Source: an uncultured Clostridia bacterium (lineage in GTDB: Bacteria; Bacillota; Clostridia; Christensenellales; UBA1242). From it: 64,000 nucleotides of DNA. The DNA lies in the NCBI GenBank assembly GCA_944381175.1, contig CALWKD010000004.1:76939-140938 (forward strand), written 5' to 3'. The notes under the pieces were generated by a model. The model was not told the origin of the DNA. It saw nothing but the letters and a program-made list of their open reading frames with translations, and ran no database searches. Shown here one piece after another: positions 29,099 to 39,350 of this stretch (the stretch's first letter is position 1; the number at the start of each line of letters is the position of its first letter). Made by a program: the position numbers and the translations under genes.

Positions 29099-29620
29099 TT
29101 ATTTTCCACCTCTTCCGTCAGAAAATCGCCCTGATTTTTCTGGCTCGGTTATGTTTGTTCGCACATCTTTATTTTGTGCGTATGTATTGCCATATGCTTC
29201 GGCGTAGCCGTAAATCCTGCATCTTAAAAGAACCGCATTTCCGTGAAGTTTTGCTAGGTTTGCTGCCGTGCATCTCAAAAGTTTTGCATTGCCATATGCT
29301 CTTGCGTACCCTTTTAAGATGGTGTCGGTTATTACAGAGTTTCCAAATGCTGCTGCATTTTCTGAAATTTCGCTTTCTCCTTTGATTTGTGCATTGTCTT
29401 GAACTCGTGCATCACCAAAAACTTTGGAATTGCGATGCACCCAGCAACTACCTTTTTGTGAGAGGTTTCTCTCTTCTGAAATGTAACCTCCGAAATCTCC
29501 AGATTTTACTATAACATTTCCTTTTTCGTCACGGATATCCTTCATTGCCTGGATTCTGAAAAGTGGACGACCATTGATAAAAATTGCGTCGTGCTCTAAA
29601 AATTTATATTTCTTTCCCAT
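29099..29620 (-). CDS. YdcK-like beta-helix repeat protein (173 aa)
   Basis: ATG (CAT 29618-29620) with RBS GGAAGGAGAG. N-terminal FINGRPLFRIQAMKDI..GDFGGYISEERNLSQKGSCWV. This is followed by degenerate G-x-A-x-V/L repeat turns, as in E. coli YdcK-type proteins (memory-based). Confidence 0.6.
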   Translation of the reverse strand: MGKKYKFLEHDAIFINGRPLFRIQAMKDIRDEKGNVIVKSGDFGGYISEERNLSQKGSCWVHRNSKVFGDARVQDNAQIKGESEISENAAAFGNSVITDTILKGYARAYGNAKLLRCTAANLAKLHGNAVLLRCRIYGYAEAYGNTYAQNKDVRTNITEPEKSGRFSDGRGGK

Positions 29621-29847
29621 ATCTCTCCTTCCGTATTGATTATAGCATATAAAAAGAATTTTGCAAGGGGAAAAGCAAAAATTTATTTTTTTCTTTGCCA
29701 AATCTTTCAATGTATCATTTTCAGACATATATTTTTTGCAAAAAAGCGTTTTGGCGTTTATTCTTTTGACTTTGGTGACGTTTTTTTGATATATTTGTAT
29801 TGATAGCATAACTGTCTTGTGCAGTTTGTTTTGTTTAGGAGCGTGTT

Positions 29848-30855
29848 ATGAAAATTGTTGTTGATGCTTTTGGTGGAGACAACGCACCAGTTGAAGTTGT
29901 TGAGGGTGCTGTGCTCGCCATAAAAAAGAACAAAGATTTGAAAATTGTTTTGTCTGGAGATGAGGCGAAAATAAAGGATTTGCTTGCTGGAAGAGAAGAG
30001 AGAATTGAGATTCTTGACGCAAAGGAAATCATCACAAACGATGATCAGCCAACTCTTGCAATCAGGCAGAAAAAGGACTCTTCGCTTGTCAAGGCATTTG
30101 ATTTGCTCAAGGAAGACGAGGAGATTGTTGGGCTTGTTTCTGCTGGAAGCACAGGGGCGGTTTTGACGGGCGCGATTTTGAAAATTGGAAGAATCAAAGG
30201 TATTTCAAGACCCGCTCTTTGTCCATTTTTGCCTACTGTGGTCGAGGGTAAAAATGTGGTTATTTGCGATTGCGGGGCGAATGTGGACTGCAAGAGTGAA
30301 CACCTGTTGCACTTTGCAATTATGGCTTCGGCGTATTATTCAATTATGAACAATGTGGAAAGCCCTAGGGTTGCACTTTTGAATAATGGTGCAGAGGAGC
30401 ACAAGGGGAATGAACTTACAAAATCTACCTATCCTCTTATGAAAACCCTTCCAATAAATTTCGTAGGAAATATTGAGGCAAGAGATGTTATGAGTGGCAA
30501 TGTCGATGTTATTGTCACAGACGGCTTTGCTGGGAATGTCCTTTTGAAAGGAGTTGAGGGTGTTGCGAGTGCAATGTCCAAAATGATAAAAAAAGAAGCA
30601 AAGAAAAGCATCTTTTCGATGCTTGGGGCTCTTATGATGGGGAGTTTCAAGGGCTTGAAAGCGAAGATGGATGTGGATAAATATGGCGGAGCACCATTTT
30701 TGGGCTGTAAGAAACTGGTTGTGAAGACTCACGGCTCGGCAAACAGATTCAACATCTGCAACACCATTTTGCAAGTCGCAAATTTGCACGAGAAAAAACT
30801 TAATGAAAAAATTGAGAGTTTGGTTTCTGAAATTCAAACCAAAATGGAGAAATAA
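29848..30855 (+). CDS. plsX: Phosphate acyltransferase PlsX
   Basis: MKIVVDAFGGDNAP, DCGAN, VTDGFAGNVLLK, KTHGSA. Confidence 0.95.
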   Translation: MKIVVDAFGGDNAPVEVVEGAVLAIKKNKDLKIVLSGDEAKIKDLLAGREERIEILDAKEIITNDDQPTLAIRQKKDSSLVKAFDLLKEDEEIVGLVSAGSTGAVLTGAILKIGRIKGISRPALCPFLPTVVEGKNVVICDCGANVDCKSEHLLHFAIMASAYYSIMNNVESPRVALLNNGAEEHKGNELTKSTYPLMKTLPINFVGNIEARDVMSGNVDVIVTDGFAGNVLLKGVEGVASAMSKMIKKEAKKSIFSMLGALMMGSFKGLKAKMDVDKYGGAPFLGCKKLVVKTHGSANRFNICNTILQVANLHEKKLNEKIESLVSEIQTKMEK

Positions 30856-31482
30856 ATGATTGAAAAGAAATTGGGGTACGCTTTCAAAAATCAAAAATTG
30901 CTTAAGACTGCATTGACTCATCCTTCAAAATCTAAAGACAACTATCAAAGGTTGGAGTTTTTGGGTGACAGCATTTTGAATTTTTTGGTTGGCGAATATT
31001 TGTTTAAGCATTGCGACAAGCACGAAGGTGAGTTGACGGTGTTGAGGGCACATTATGTGTCTGAAAAACATCTTTCTGAGTGTTTTGATGAGATTGGGCT
31101 TGAGGAAGATGTTATTGCAGGGAAGAGTTTGAATGGAGAGATTACTTCTGCGATAAAGGGTGATGTGATTGAGGCGATTATTGCGGGAATATATCTTGAC
31201 AGTGACTTGGAAACCGCAAGGCAATTTGTTATTGAAAAACTGCATATTGACGGCTTTGAAGAGGCAAAAAACGACAACTACAAGTCGCAACTGCAGGAAC
31301 TTATTCAAGCAAATTTCAAATGTTCCATAAAATACGAAACGGTCAAGGTCGACGACTTTTTCGAGGCGAAGTTTTTTATGGATGACGACTGCATCGCAAC
31401 GGGTTATGGCAAGGACAAGACCTCTGCGGAACAAAATTGTGCTTATGTTGCACTCTCAAAACTCTTTGTCGAGGAAGATTGA
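30856..31482 (+). CDS. rnc: Ribonuclease III
   Basis: Signature NYQRLEFLGDSILNF. KGDVIEAIIAGIYLD. Short C-terminal dsRBD. Confidence 0.93.
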   Translation: MIEKKLGYAFKNQKLLKTALTHPSKSKDNYQRLEFLGDSILNFLVGEYLFKHCDKHEGELTVLRAHYVSEKHLSECFDEIGLEEDVIAGKSLNGEITSAIKGDVIEAIIAGIYLDSDLETARQFVIEKLHIDGFEEAKNDNYKSQLQELIQANFKCSIKYETVKVDDFFEAKFFMDDDCIATGYGKDKTSAEQNCAYVALSKLFVEED

Positions 31483-31522
31483 CGGGCGGCTTTTCAAAAA
31501 TCCCAATTTATAAGGTGGAAGT

Positions 31523-34500
31523 ATGTATTTTAAAAGAATTGAAATGATTGGTTTTAAATCATTCGCCGACAGAACGGTGATTGAGTTTAATGGCGGATTT
31601 ACTGCGATTGTTGGGCCAAATGGCTGTGGCAAGAGCAATGTTTCTGATGCGATAAGATGGGTGCTTGGAGAACAGAGCGCCAAGAGTTTGCGTGGTGACA
31701 ATATGCAGGACGTCATCTTCAAAGGCACGGAGAAGAGGAAGAGTTTGTCATATTGTGAGGTTACACTGACTTTCGACAACACCGACAGATTTTTCAACAT
31801 CGCCTATGACGAACTTTCTATCACCAGAAAACTTTACCGCTCTGGCGAAAGTGAGTATCTCATAAACAAAAACACTTGCCGTCTTAAAGACATCACTGAT
31901 TTGCTTTTTGACAGCGGTATTGGAAAAAATGGTTATTCTGTCATTGGGCAGGGTAAGGTCAGTGAAATTGTCGACGAAAAACCAGAAGAGCGACGCTCGA
32001 TGTTTGAGGAGGCGGCTGGGGTTGCGAAATTCAAGTCGAGAAAGGACGAGGCGGAGAGAAAACTCGAAAGGACGAGAGACAACCTTGTCAGGATTGATGA
32101 CATTATTGCAGAGATTGACAGGCAAATGGGTCCACTGAGAAAGCAAGCCGAAGATGCCAAGAAGTATCTTGAATATAAAGGGCAACTTAAGGACTTGGAA
32201 GTCAATGCATATGTTTTTCAATATGAAAACGCAAATGTGGTCAAAGGTCAAATTAAGCAGAGAATGCAGGCACTTGAAGAGGAACTTTCTGCAAGACAGA
32301 GCGATTTGGAGAAGATCACAAATGACTATGACGCTCAAATGAACAAACTCTCGGATTTTGACAAGCAAATTGCCTCGCTCAACGATGAAATTTTGAGGCT
32401 TACTGTTGACCTTGAAAAGCAGGAAGGTGAAACCAAGGTCGCAAGAGAGAGAATAAATTTCACTCATAAGGAAAATGACCGAATAAATCTCGACATAACA
32501 AACGCAAAAATTGTGCTTGAAAATTGCGACGAACAAGAAAAAGAAAAACTTTCCGAGAGAGAATCTTTGAAAGAGCGTTTGGAGATGCTCAATAAATCAT
32601 ATGAGAACCTCTCAAACAAACACCTTGAGATTGTTGACGAGATGTCGCTTAACGAAACAGAGGCTGGGCAGTCACAACAAAAAATGATTGAAACTCTTGG
32701 TTCTCTTTCTGATGTCAAGAGCAACCTCTCTCGTCTTGAAACAGAGAAGGGGCTTCTTATTCAAAACAGCGGAGTTTTGGACAAGAATATTGAGGAAGTT
32801 GAGGCGAAACTCTCGGAGGCGAAAAGGGCTCAGAGCGAGAGTCAAAAACTTATAAATTCGACCCAAGAAGAATATCAAAAGATAAAGAGCGAAAACGAGG
32901 AGATTGCTGGAAGAATTTTCGTCACAAGTAAGGACATTTCGGAACTTGAGACCGAAAGAACAAATGTTTCGACGCAAATCAAGGTGTTTGAAAACAGAAG
33001 GAAACTTTTGACTGAGATGCAGGCGGAGTATGAGGGTTATGCTTACAGCGTTAAGAAGATTTTGAAGGAAAGCGAGAAAAATTCTGCCATAAACAGCAAA
33101 ATGGTGGGCGTTTTGGCTTCGCTTATCAAAGTGCCAGCGCAGTATGAGACGGCGATTGAGGTTGCGCTTGGAAATGCGGTGCAAAATATCGTCACATATA
33201 ATGAGGACAATGCAAAAGACCTTATCTCTTTCCTGAAAGAAAACAAATATGGCCGTGCGACTTTCCTTCCAATAAGCACTATGAGGCGTCGTGATATGGA
33301 TGAGCGGGCGATTTCGGGGCGTAAAGGCGTTTTTGGGGTCGCAAGCAAACTTATTTCATACGACAAGAAGATTGACAATGTTATCAGCAATTTGCTCGGA
33401 GGGACTGTCATCGTGGACAATATGGTGACTGCTGTTGACCTTGCAAGAGACAACAGGTTTTCATTCAAGATTGTCACACTCGACGGCGATGTCGTAAGCA
33501 CACAAGGCTCTCTCACTGGTGGAAGCAAGAAGAATGAGATTACAAACCTCATTTCAAGAGAAAGAGAGATTGAGTCTTTGGCAAACGAAATCGAGAAGTT
33601 GACGCAGAAAGAGTATGAGATGAGAAACAAGATAAACTACCTCAATGTCGATTTAAATGCTTCAAAGGCTTCGGAAAAGAAAATTTCCGCTCAGAAAAAC
33701 GAACTTGAAATCAAACTTGCAAAAGAGCAGGAAAAACTCGAGGCTCTCTCAAGCAATTTGAAGGACCTTGAAGAAGAAAAGCGTGTTTATGAGATGGAAA
33801 AAACCTCCATTTCAAACAAATTGAAACTTATTGAACAAGATTTGTCACAGTCGAATTTGGTGCAGAACGCTTTGAGTGGAAATAAAGAGGATGCTGACCT
33901 TCTTGTTAAGCAAAAGCAGGAAAGATACAACCAAATCAGACGCGAAAGAGACGAGATTGTTTCCAATATGACCACGGTCAAGGTTGATATTGCGTCTTGT
34001 GAGGCGAAAATCAAGGCCTTGGATGACGAACTTCATCGAATTGCTGTGGAAAGGGATAAGCAGGTTGCAAATATCACCTCATATGAGTCGCATTTGGCGG
34101 AGAATGAGAAGTTTATTGAGAATGCTGAGGCGATGATAAGAGAGAAGATTGAGAATGCGAAGCCGTCTGAGGCAAAAGATAAACTTCAAAACATCCGAAA
34201 AGAGAGAGAAAATCTGGAAAACAGCAAGGTTCAAATCTCTGCAAATATCAAGAAACTTGACGAGGATAAGACCTCCACAATGGAGCAAATCTCTGTGGTT
34301 AATGACAAAAAATACAGAGAAGAGGGCAATTTGACCAAGGTCGACACCGAACTTGAGACGATGCAAGAGAGAATTTATGAGGAGTATAGCCTGACTTACA
34401 ATGGTTGTCTTGAGTTTAGGAGACCAGATTTCGACATCAAAGAGGCACTCATCTCAATCAGCAAGTTGAAAAAGGACATCTCCGCTTTGGGTTATGTCAA

Positions 34501-35110
34501 TGTTCACGCAATTGAAGATGTTTCCACTCTTCTTGAAAGATACAATGAGATGACAACTCAATCGGATGACCTCAAAAAAGCCGAGGAAGATTTGGTGACG
34601 ATTATCAAAGATTTGTCAAACGAGATGCTCACCAAGTTTAATGACGAATTTAACAAAATCAACGACAGTTTCAAAGTGGTGTTTAGAGAACTCTTTGGCG
34701 GTGGAAATGCAAGACTTGAACTCACTGAGGCGGAGGACCCACTTGAAGCAGGGGTTGAGATTATGGTTCAACTGCCAGGAAAGGCTGCAAACAAGTTGTC
34801 ATTGTTGAGCGGTGGAGAAAAGACGCTGACGGCGATTGCACTTTTGTTTGCGATTTTGAGGCTCAAACCTCTTCCATTCTCGCTTCTTGACGAAATTGAG
34901 GCTGCACTCGATGATGCAAACATTGAAAGATTTGCTATGTATCTTAAGAAATTGTCGCAGACGACGCAGTTTATTGTTATCACTCACAGAAAACCGACAA
35001 TGGAACTTGCGGACAGTCTTTATGGCGTTACAATGGAAGAGAAAGGTGTTTCAAAGATTGTTTCTGTCAAACTTGCAGATGCTATTAAGCAGGCGGAATC
35101 AGGAAATTAA
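31523..35110 (+). CDS. smc: Chromosome partition protein Smc
   Basis: 1195 aa. Walker A GPNGCGKSN. Long coiled coils with hinge (GVLASLIKVP...). Signature LSGGEKTL. Walker B LLDEIEAALD. Confidence 0.97.
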   Translation: MYFKRIEMIGFKSFADRTVIEFNGGFTAIVGPNGCGKSNVSDAIRWVLGEQSAKSLRGDNMQDVIFKGTEKRKSLSYCEVTLTFDNTDRFFNIAYDELSITRKLYRSGESEYLINKNTCRLKDITDLLFDSGIGKNGYSVIGQGKVSEIVDEKPEERRSMFEEAAGVAKFKSRKDEAERKLERTRDNLVRIDDIIAEIDRQMGPLRKQAEDAKKYLEYKGQLKDLEVNAYVFQYENANVVKGQIKQRMQALEEELSARQSDLEKITNDYDAQMNKLSDFDKQIASLNDEILRLTVDLEKQEGETKVARERINFTHKENDRINLDITNAKIVLENCDEQEKEKLSERESLKERLEMLNKSYENLSNKHLEIVDEMSLNETEAGQSQQKMIETLGSLSDVKSNLSRLETEKGLLIQNSGVLDKNIEEVEAKLSEAKRAQSESQKLINSTQEEYQKIKSENEEIAGRIFVTSKDISELETERTNVSTQIKVFENRRKLLTEMQAEYEGYAYSVKKILKESEKNSAINSKMVGVLASLIKVPAQYETAIEVALGNAVQNIVTYNEDNAKDLISFLKENKYGRATFLPISTMRRRDMDERAISGRKGVFGVASKLISYDKKIDNVISNLLGGTVIVDNMVTAVDLARDNRFSFKIVTLDGDVVSTQGSLTGGSKKNEITNLISREREIESLANEIEKLTQKEYEMRNKINYLNVDLNASKASEKKISAQKNELEIKLAKEQEKLEALSSNLKDLEEEKRVYEMEKTSISNKLKLIEQDLSQSNLVQNALSGNKEDADLLVKQKQERYNQIRRERDEIVSNMTTVKVDIASCEAKIKALDDELHRIAVERDKQVANITSYESHLAENEKFIENAEAMIREKIENAKPSEAKDKLQNIRKERENLENSKVQISANIKKLDEDKTSTMEQISVVNDKKYREEGNLTKVDTELETMQERIYEEYSLTYNGCLEFRRPDFDIKEALISISKLKKDISALGYVNVHAIEDVSTLLERYNEMTTQSDDLKKAEEDLVTIIKDLSNEMLTKFNDEFNKINDSFKVVFRELFGGGNARLELTEAEDPLEAGVEIMVQLPGKAANKLSLLSGGEKTLTAIALLFAILRLKPLPFSLLDEIEAALDDANIERFAMYLKKLSQTTQFIVITHRKPTMELADSLYGVTMEEKGVSKIVSVKLADAIKQAESGN

Positions 35111-35119
35111 GGGGAGAAT

Positions 35120-36016
35120 ATGGGAATTTTCAGAAAGATTGGCAATGCTCTAAAGAAGACGAAAGAGGCTTTTTCAAGAAAAATTGACGAACTTCTTTCG
35201 CACGGAGAAGTTGATGATGATTTGTTTGATGACCTTGTCGATGTCTTGATTTCGTGTGATATTGGAGTCAAGGCGTCGGTCGAGATTGTTGAGGAACTTC
35301 GTAAACTGGCGCACAGCAAAAAGGTGAGGACTGCAGAAGGGGTTAAGGCACTTTTGAAGGAGATTATTTCAGGGTATTTTGAAGATGCTCCAGAACTTGA
35401 AATTGAGTATCCCGCAATCATAACAATCATTGGTGTCAATGGAGTCGGAAAGACGACCACGATTGGAAAACTTGCAAATTATTTCAAGTCTAAAAATAAA
35501 AGCGTGACACTTGTTGCTGGAGACACTTTCAGGGCGGCTGCCTCTTCCCAACTTACAGAGTGGGCGTCAAGGACAAAGACGAGAATCATCAAGCACGCCG
35601 AAGGGGCTGATGCTGGTGCGGTTGTGTATGACGGAATCGCGAGTGCAAAAGCAAACAAGACGGATGTGCTTTTGGTGGACACGGCGGGCAGGCTGCACAC
35701 AAAAACAAACTTAATGGCGGAACTTAAAAAGATTGAAAAAATTGAGGAAAGAGAATATCCAGAGGCACACAAATACAACTTTATTGTTCTTGATGCAACC
35801 ACAGGGCAGAACGCTTTGTCTCAAATAAATGCCTTTGCTGAGTATGCAAAAATCGACGGAATAATTCTTACGAAACTTGACGGAACGGCAAAAGGTGGCG
35901 TGATTATTGCAATTGAAAAAGAATACAAATTGCCAGTTGTGTTTGTCGGAACTGGAGAAAAGGTCGACGATATTGAAGAGTTCTCTCCAAAAGATTTTGT
36001 TGACGGATTATACTAG
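35120..36016 (+). CDS. ftsY: Signal recognition particle receptor FtsY (NG domain only)
   Basis: GVNGVGKTTTIGKLA, VAGDTFRAAA, DTAGRL, TKLDGTAKGG. Confidence 0.95.
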   Translation: MGIFRKIGNALKKTKEAFSRKIDELLSHGEVDDDLFDDLVDVLISCDIGVKASVEIVEELRKLAHSKKVRTAEGVKALLKEIISGYFEDAPELEIEYPAIITIIGVNGVGKTTTIGKLANYFKSKNKSVTLVAGDTFRAAASSQLTEWASRTKTRIIKHAEGADAGAVVYDGIASAKANKTDVLLVDTAGRLHTKTNLMAELKKIEKIEEREYPEAHKYNFIVLDATTGQNALSQINAFAEYAKIDGIILTKLDGTAKGGVIIAIEKEYKLPVVFVGTGEKVDDIEEFSPKDFVDGLY

Positions 36017-36100
36017 ATGTGTTGTGGTATGCATTGCATAATACTCAACATATTGTGTAGTATGCAAAAATATAACACAAATGGAAGATAGGAGAATTTT

Positions 36101-36883
36101 ATGAAACTAGACGGAAAAGTTGCGGTCATATCTGGCGGTGCAAGCGGAATTGGATTTGCAATTGCAAAGAGACTGAAAAGCGAGGGAGTAAGAATTTACG
36201 ACATCTCAAAAACTACTTCTAAATCTGAAATTTTTGAAAAATCTTTTCAGTGTGACATCTCAGATGACGAAAAGGTTTCGGTTGTGGTCGAAGAAATTTT
36301 GAAAAAAGAAAAGAACATTGATTTGCTTTTTTGCAATGCTGGATTCGGAATTGGTGGGCTTTTGGAAAATGCAAAAATTTCAAGCATTGCCAACATTATG
36401 AATGTAAATCTCATCGCTCATATGAAAATGACAAAACTTTTTCTTAAAAACATAAACGAGAATGGGCGTATCGTTTACACGGGCTCACTGGCTTCAATTA
36501 TTCCTCTTCCATATCAGGCTTGTTACAGTGCAAGTAAGGCGGGAATTGAAAATTTCGCAAGAGCGATTGCCACGGAAGTTAAACAAAAGAAAATCAAAGT
36601 TTTGACCTTTATGCCAGGAGACATAAACACAGGTTTCACCGATGCGAGAATCAAGGAGACTGGAAACAGCGAGGGTGAGCGCCAAGGAATTGCAAAAATG
36701 GAGAAGTCGGAAAGAAAGGGAAAAACGCCAGACTTTGTCGCAAAGCGAGTTTTGAGGGTGATTAAAAGGAGAAATCCACCACTTCGAGTTTCCATTGGTG
36801 GAACAAGCAAACTTATCTCTGCGCTTGTGAAAATTTTGCCTGTGAAAATGCTGAACTTTCTTGTGGAGAAAATTTATATTTAA
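36101..36883 (+). CDS. SDR family oxidoreductase
   Basis: VISGGASGIGFAIA (TGxxxGxG). NAG. YSASK catalytic motif. Confidence 0.85.
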   Translation: MKLDGKVAVISGGASGIGFAIAKRLKSEGVRIYDISKTTSKSEIFEKSFQCDISDDEKVSVVVEEILKKEKNIDLLFCNAGFGIGGLLENAKISSIANIMNVNLIAHMKMTKLFLKNINENGRIVYTGSLASIIPLPYQACYSASKAGIENFARAIATEVKQKKIKVLTFMPGDINTGFTDARIKETGNSEGERQGIAKMEKSERKGKTPDFVAKRVLRVIKRRNPPLRVSIGGTSKLISALVKILPVKMLNFLVEKIYI

Positions 36884-37035
36884 AATTTCAAAAGCATTTT
36901 TTTGGTTTTTGTTGATGTCATATTCAACATTTCAAATTTGGAGTATATTTTTTAATCTGGGAACTTGTCTCAGATTTTTCTTTTTTGGCAAAATTTGACA
37001 TTTTTCAACATATATTTTCCCATAGGAGTTTTCTT

Positions 37036-37761
37036 ATGGTTTTTGAAAGTTTTGCTTATTTTTTCAGTAGAATTTGTCTGTTTACAAATTATGTCAACAC
37101 CACTCAGGGTTTCCCAAAACCGCTGGAAGCAAAAGAAGAAAAAGAACTGTTTGAAAAGATGAAAAATGGAGACAAAAAAGCGAGAGAAAAACTTATAAGT
37201 CACAACCTAAGGCTTGTGGCTCACATTGTCAAAAGATACACAAATTCGCTTGAGGCAGATGACCTTTTGTCCGTGGGAACAATTGGGCTTGTCAAGGCGA
37301 TTGACAGTTTTGATTACGACAAAAAGGTCCAACTTTCCACTTACGCTGCAAGGTGTATAAACAACGAAATTTTGATGCTTATCCGCTCAAACAAAAAGCA
37401 CAAAAATGTGGTTTCCTTAAACAGTCTCACCACAAGTGGTGACGACGACAAGGAACTCGAACTTCAAGATGTTTTATCTTCCGATGATGAGGAGATTTTT
37501 TCGCAGGTGGAGACAAGTCTCACGGTTCAGAAGATAAAGAAAATCATTGAAAACAAGTTGGACGAGAGGGAAAAAATTGTCATCAAACTTCGATATGGAA
37601 TTGATTGCGAAAGGGCGTTTACTCAAAAAGAAATTGCTGACAAATTGGGAATTTCTCGCTCCTATATTTCTCGAATTGAAAACAAATCAATCAAAGTTAT
37701 TCGAGATGAGTTTGAAAAAGAGGGAGAAAATGCTGTCTCGGGGATTATTCCCAAAGAATAA
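37036..37761 (+). CDS. sigK: Sporulation sigma factor, pro-sigma-K type, uninterrupted
   Basis: Hydrophobic pro-sequence MVFESFAYFFSRICLFTNYV, then FPKPL..., HNLRLVAHIVKRY, STYAARCINNEILMLIR, region 4 QKEIADKLGISRSYISRIE. RBS AGGAG. A mother-cell-type CATATATT -10-like element lies at 37009-37016. Confidence 0.8.
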   Translation: MVFESFAYFFSRICLFTNYVNTTQGFPKPLEAKEEKELFEKMKNGDKKAREKLISHNLRLVAHIVKRYTNSLEADDLLSVGTIGLVKAIDSFDYDKKVQLSTYAARCINNEILMLIRSNKKHKNVVSLNSLTTSGDDDKELELQDVLSSDDEEIFSQVETSLTVQKIKKIIENKLDEREKIVIKLRYGIDCERAFTQKEIADKLGISRSYISRIENKSIKVIRDEFEKEGENAVSGIIPKE

Positions 37762-37988
37762 TTGCAAAAATTTTACAAATTTTGCTTGACAGTTTGCTTT
37801 CAAAAAAATTATTATAAAAATAAGTGAAAATATTTGTTTTTTATCTGAATTAAAACATTTTTTTGAGCAATTTTTGGTTTTAAGTTTATTGTTTCAAAAG
37901 TCGCCGATTTTGAAATAATTAAAAAAACACTAAAATCAACCAAATTTGCTCTTTTTGCAAAAATTTAGTTTTCCGAGGGGGTGGCAGA

Positions 37989-39350
37989 ATGGACAAGTTG
38001 GAGTTTTATGATATCGTTGGAAAACTTATTGTGCCACTTTTTACTGGTTCTTATTTGGCGGGCGAAATGGAGTCCTCACCAAGAGATTTGGAGGTTGCAC
38101 TTGGGAAAGGAAATTCCGTTCTTCTGAAGCCAACAAAACTTGATGACTACAGAATTGTTCTCAAGCGTGGGCAAGCGTTTAAATCTTTTGAGGTCAACAT
38201 TATTCGCTCAATTATCAAAGTTTTGAATGACATATCCGAGCTTGGCATAACGGACAAAATGTATTTGTCAAAGTTGCAAAGTATTGCCATCGAAAGAGCA
38301 CTTATTGAAAGTCTTACCGACGCGGGAAGTGAGACGATTTTGGGGATTATTGGAGAACTTGAAAAGTGGTCCACAAGGACATATGAGGGGCAGAGTGTCT
38401 CGCTTGGAATTTTGGTGAATTTGGCAAGTGTTGCAGACCAGCACAATCCTGTTTATTATCACAATGTTTTGGATAGTGACTTTTTTGCTCTCTTCACTGA
38501 TGCAGTCAATTCCTTTGTGGAATTTGATAAAGACGGAAAGATGATGGGATATGTTTCGCTTAAAAATCCCAAAAAGGTGGCAACGGTTTCGCCTTATATT
38601 TACGAAAAAGTTGCCAGAATTTGCAACGACAAAAGAATTGGAATTTGCTTGACAAAAAATGAAGATATATTGATTTTCTATTCAAGGCAACTCGTCTTTG
38701 CAAAAAGAAATGGGAGTTGGTGTGTTTATTGCCACGATGAGATCATCAGGCTTTTGCAAAACAATGTCTCCTCGGCGGCAAAACAAATCAGGCGTGCGAT
38801 TTACAACACCGCTCTCGATTGTTCTTTCTCATACAAAGGGGCTTGCATCGCTTACATCGACAAAGACAAGACGCTTGAGGCACTTTCGCACATTGATGTG
38901 GCGGACATAATTTCAGAAGAGTATTTCAACAAGAAAAAAGAACTCGAACTGGAGGAGGCTGGAAAACTTTACAATCTCGGAAATGCGAAGTTTATTATTG
39001 ACAAGTTCAGTTTGAGTTATGAAGAATTTTTGGATAAATACAAGTATGCAAAAACTATGGCTATCAGACGCATTGTCGCAGGGAAAAAACTCTTTGAACT
39101 TGACCGAAAACTTGTCGAGGAAATGACTGCTATTGACGGAGCGACAATCGTTGATTATGAGGGAACAATCATCGCGGTGGGTGCGATTATCAAGATTGAG
39201 GCAGGAAGTGACGGCGGTGGGCGTCTCGCTGCAGCAAAGACAATGGCAAAATACGGTGTTGCAATCAAAGTGTCGCAAGACGGAATTATGCAAGGCTTCA
39301 CATTCGACAAAAAGACAAACACGGTGAAACAGATTTTTTATGTAGGGTAG
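37989..39350 (+). CDS. Divergent DisA_N/DAC-fold domain protein with large uncharacterised N-terminal region (453 aa)
   Basis: C-terminal AIDGATIVDYEGTIIAVGAIIKIE....GGGRLAAAKTMAKYGVAIKVSQDGIMQGF aligns by eye to the diadenylate cyclase core (HDGAVII...GTRHRAA...VVSEETG). DGA is kept and RHR is lost. TTGACA-18-TATTAT promoter at 37787-37816 gives a leader of about 170 nt. Confidence 0.55.
   Translation: MDKLEFYDIVGKLIVPLFTGSYLAGEMESSPRDLEVALGKGNSVLLKPTKLDDYRIVLKRGQAFKSFEVNIIRSIIKVLNDISELGITDKMYLSKLQSIAIERALIESLTDAGSETILGIIGELEKWSTRTYEGQSVSLGILVNLASVADQHNPVYYHNVLDSDFFALFTDAVNSFVEFDKDGKMMGYVSLKNPKKVATVSPYIYEKVARICNDKRIGICLTKNEDILIFYSRQLVFAKRNGSWCVYCHDEIIRLLQNNVSSAAKQIRRAIYNTALDCSFSYKGACIAYIDKDKTLEALSHIDVADIISEEYFNKKKELELEEAGKLYNLGNAKFIIDKFSLSYEEFLDKYKYAKTMAIRRIVAGKKLFELDRKLVEEMTAIDGATIVDYEGTIIAVGAIIKIEAGSDGGGRLAAAKTMAKYGVAIKVSQDGIMQGFTFDKKTNTVKQIFYVG

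Noticed and set aside
36985-37035. Longer N-terminal extension of sigK from the track start, or a skin-type interruption
   Set aside because: ATG 37036 has a correctly spaced AGGAG and yields a pro-sequence of the length expected for pro-sigma-K. The coding sequence is continuous through regions 2-4.
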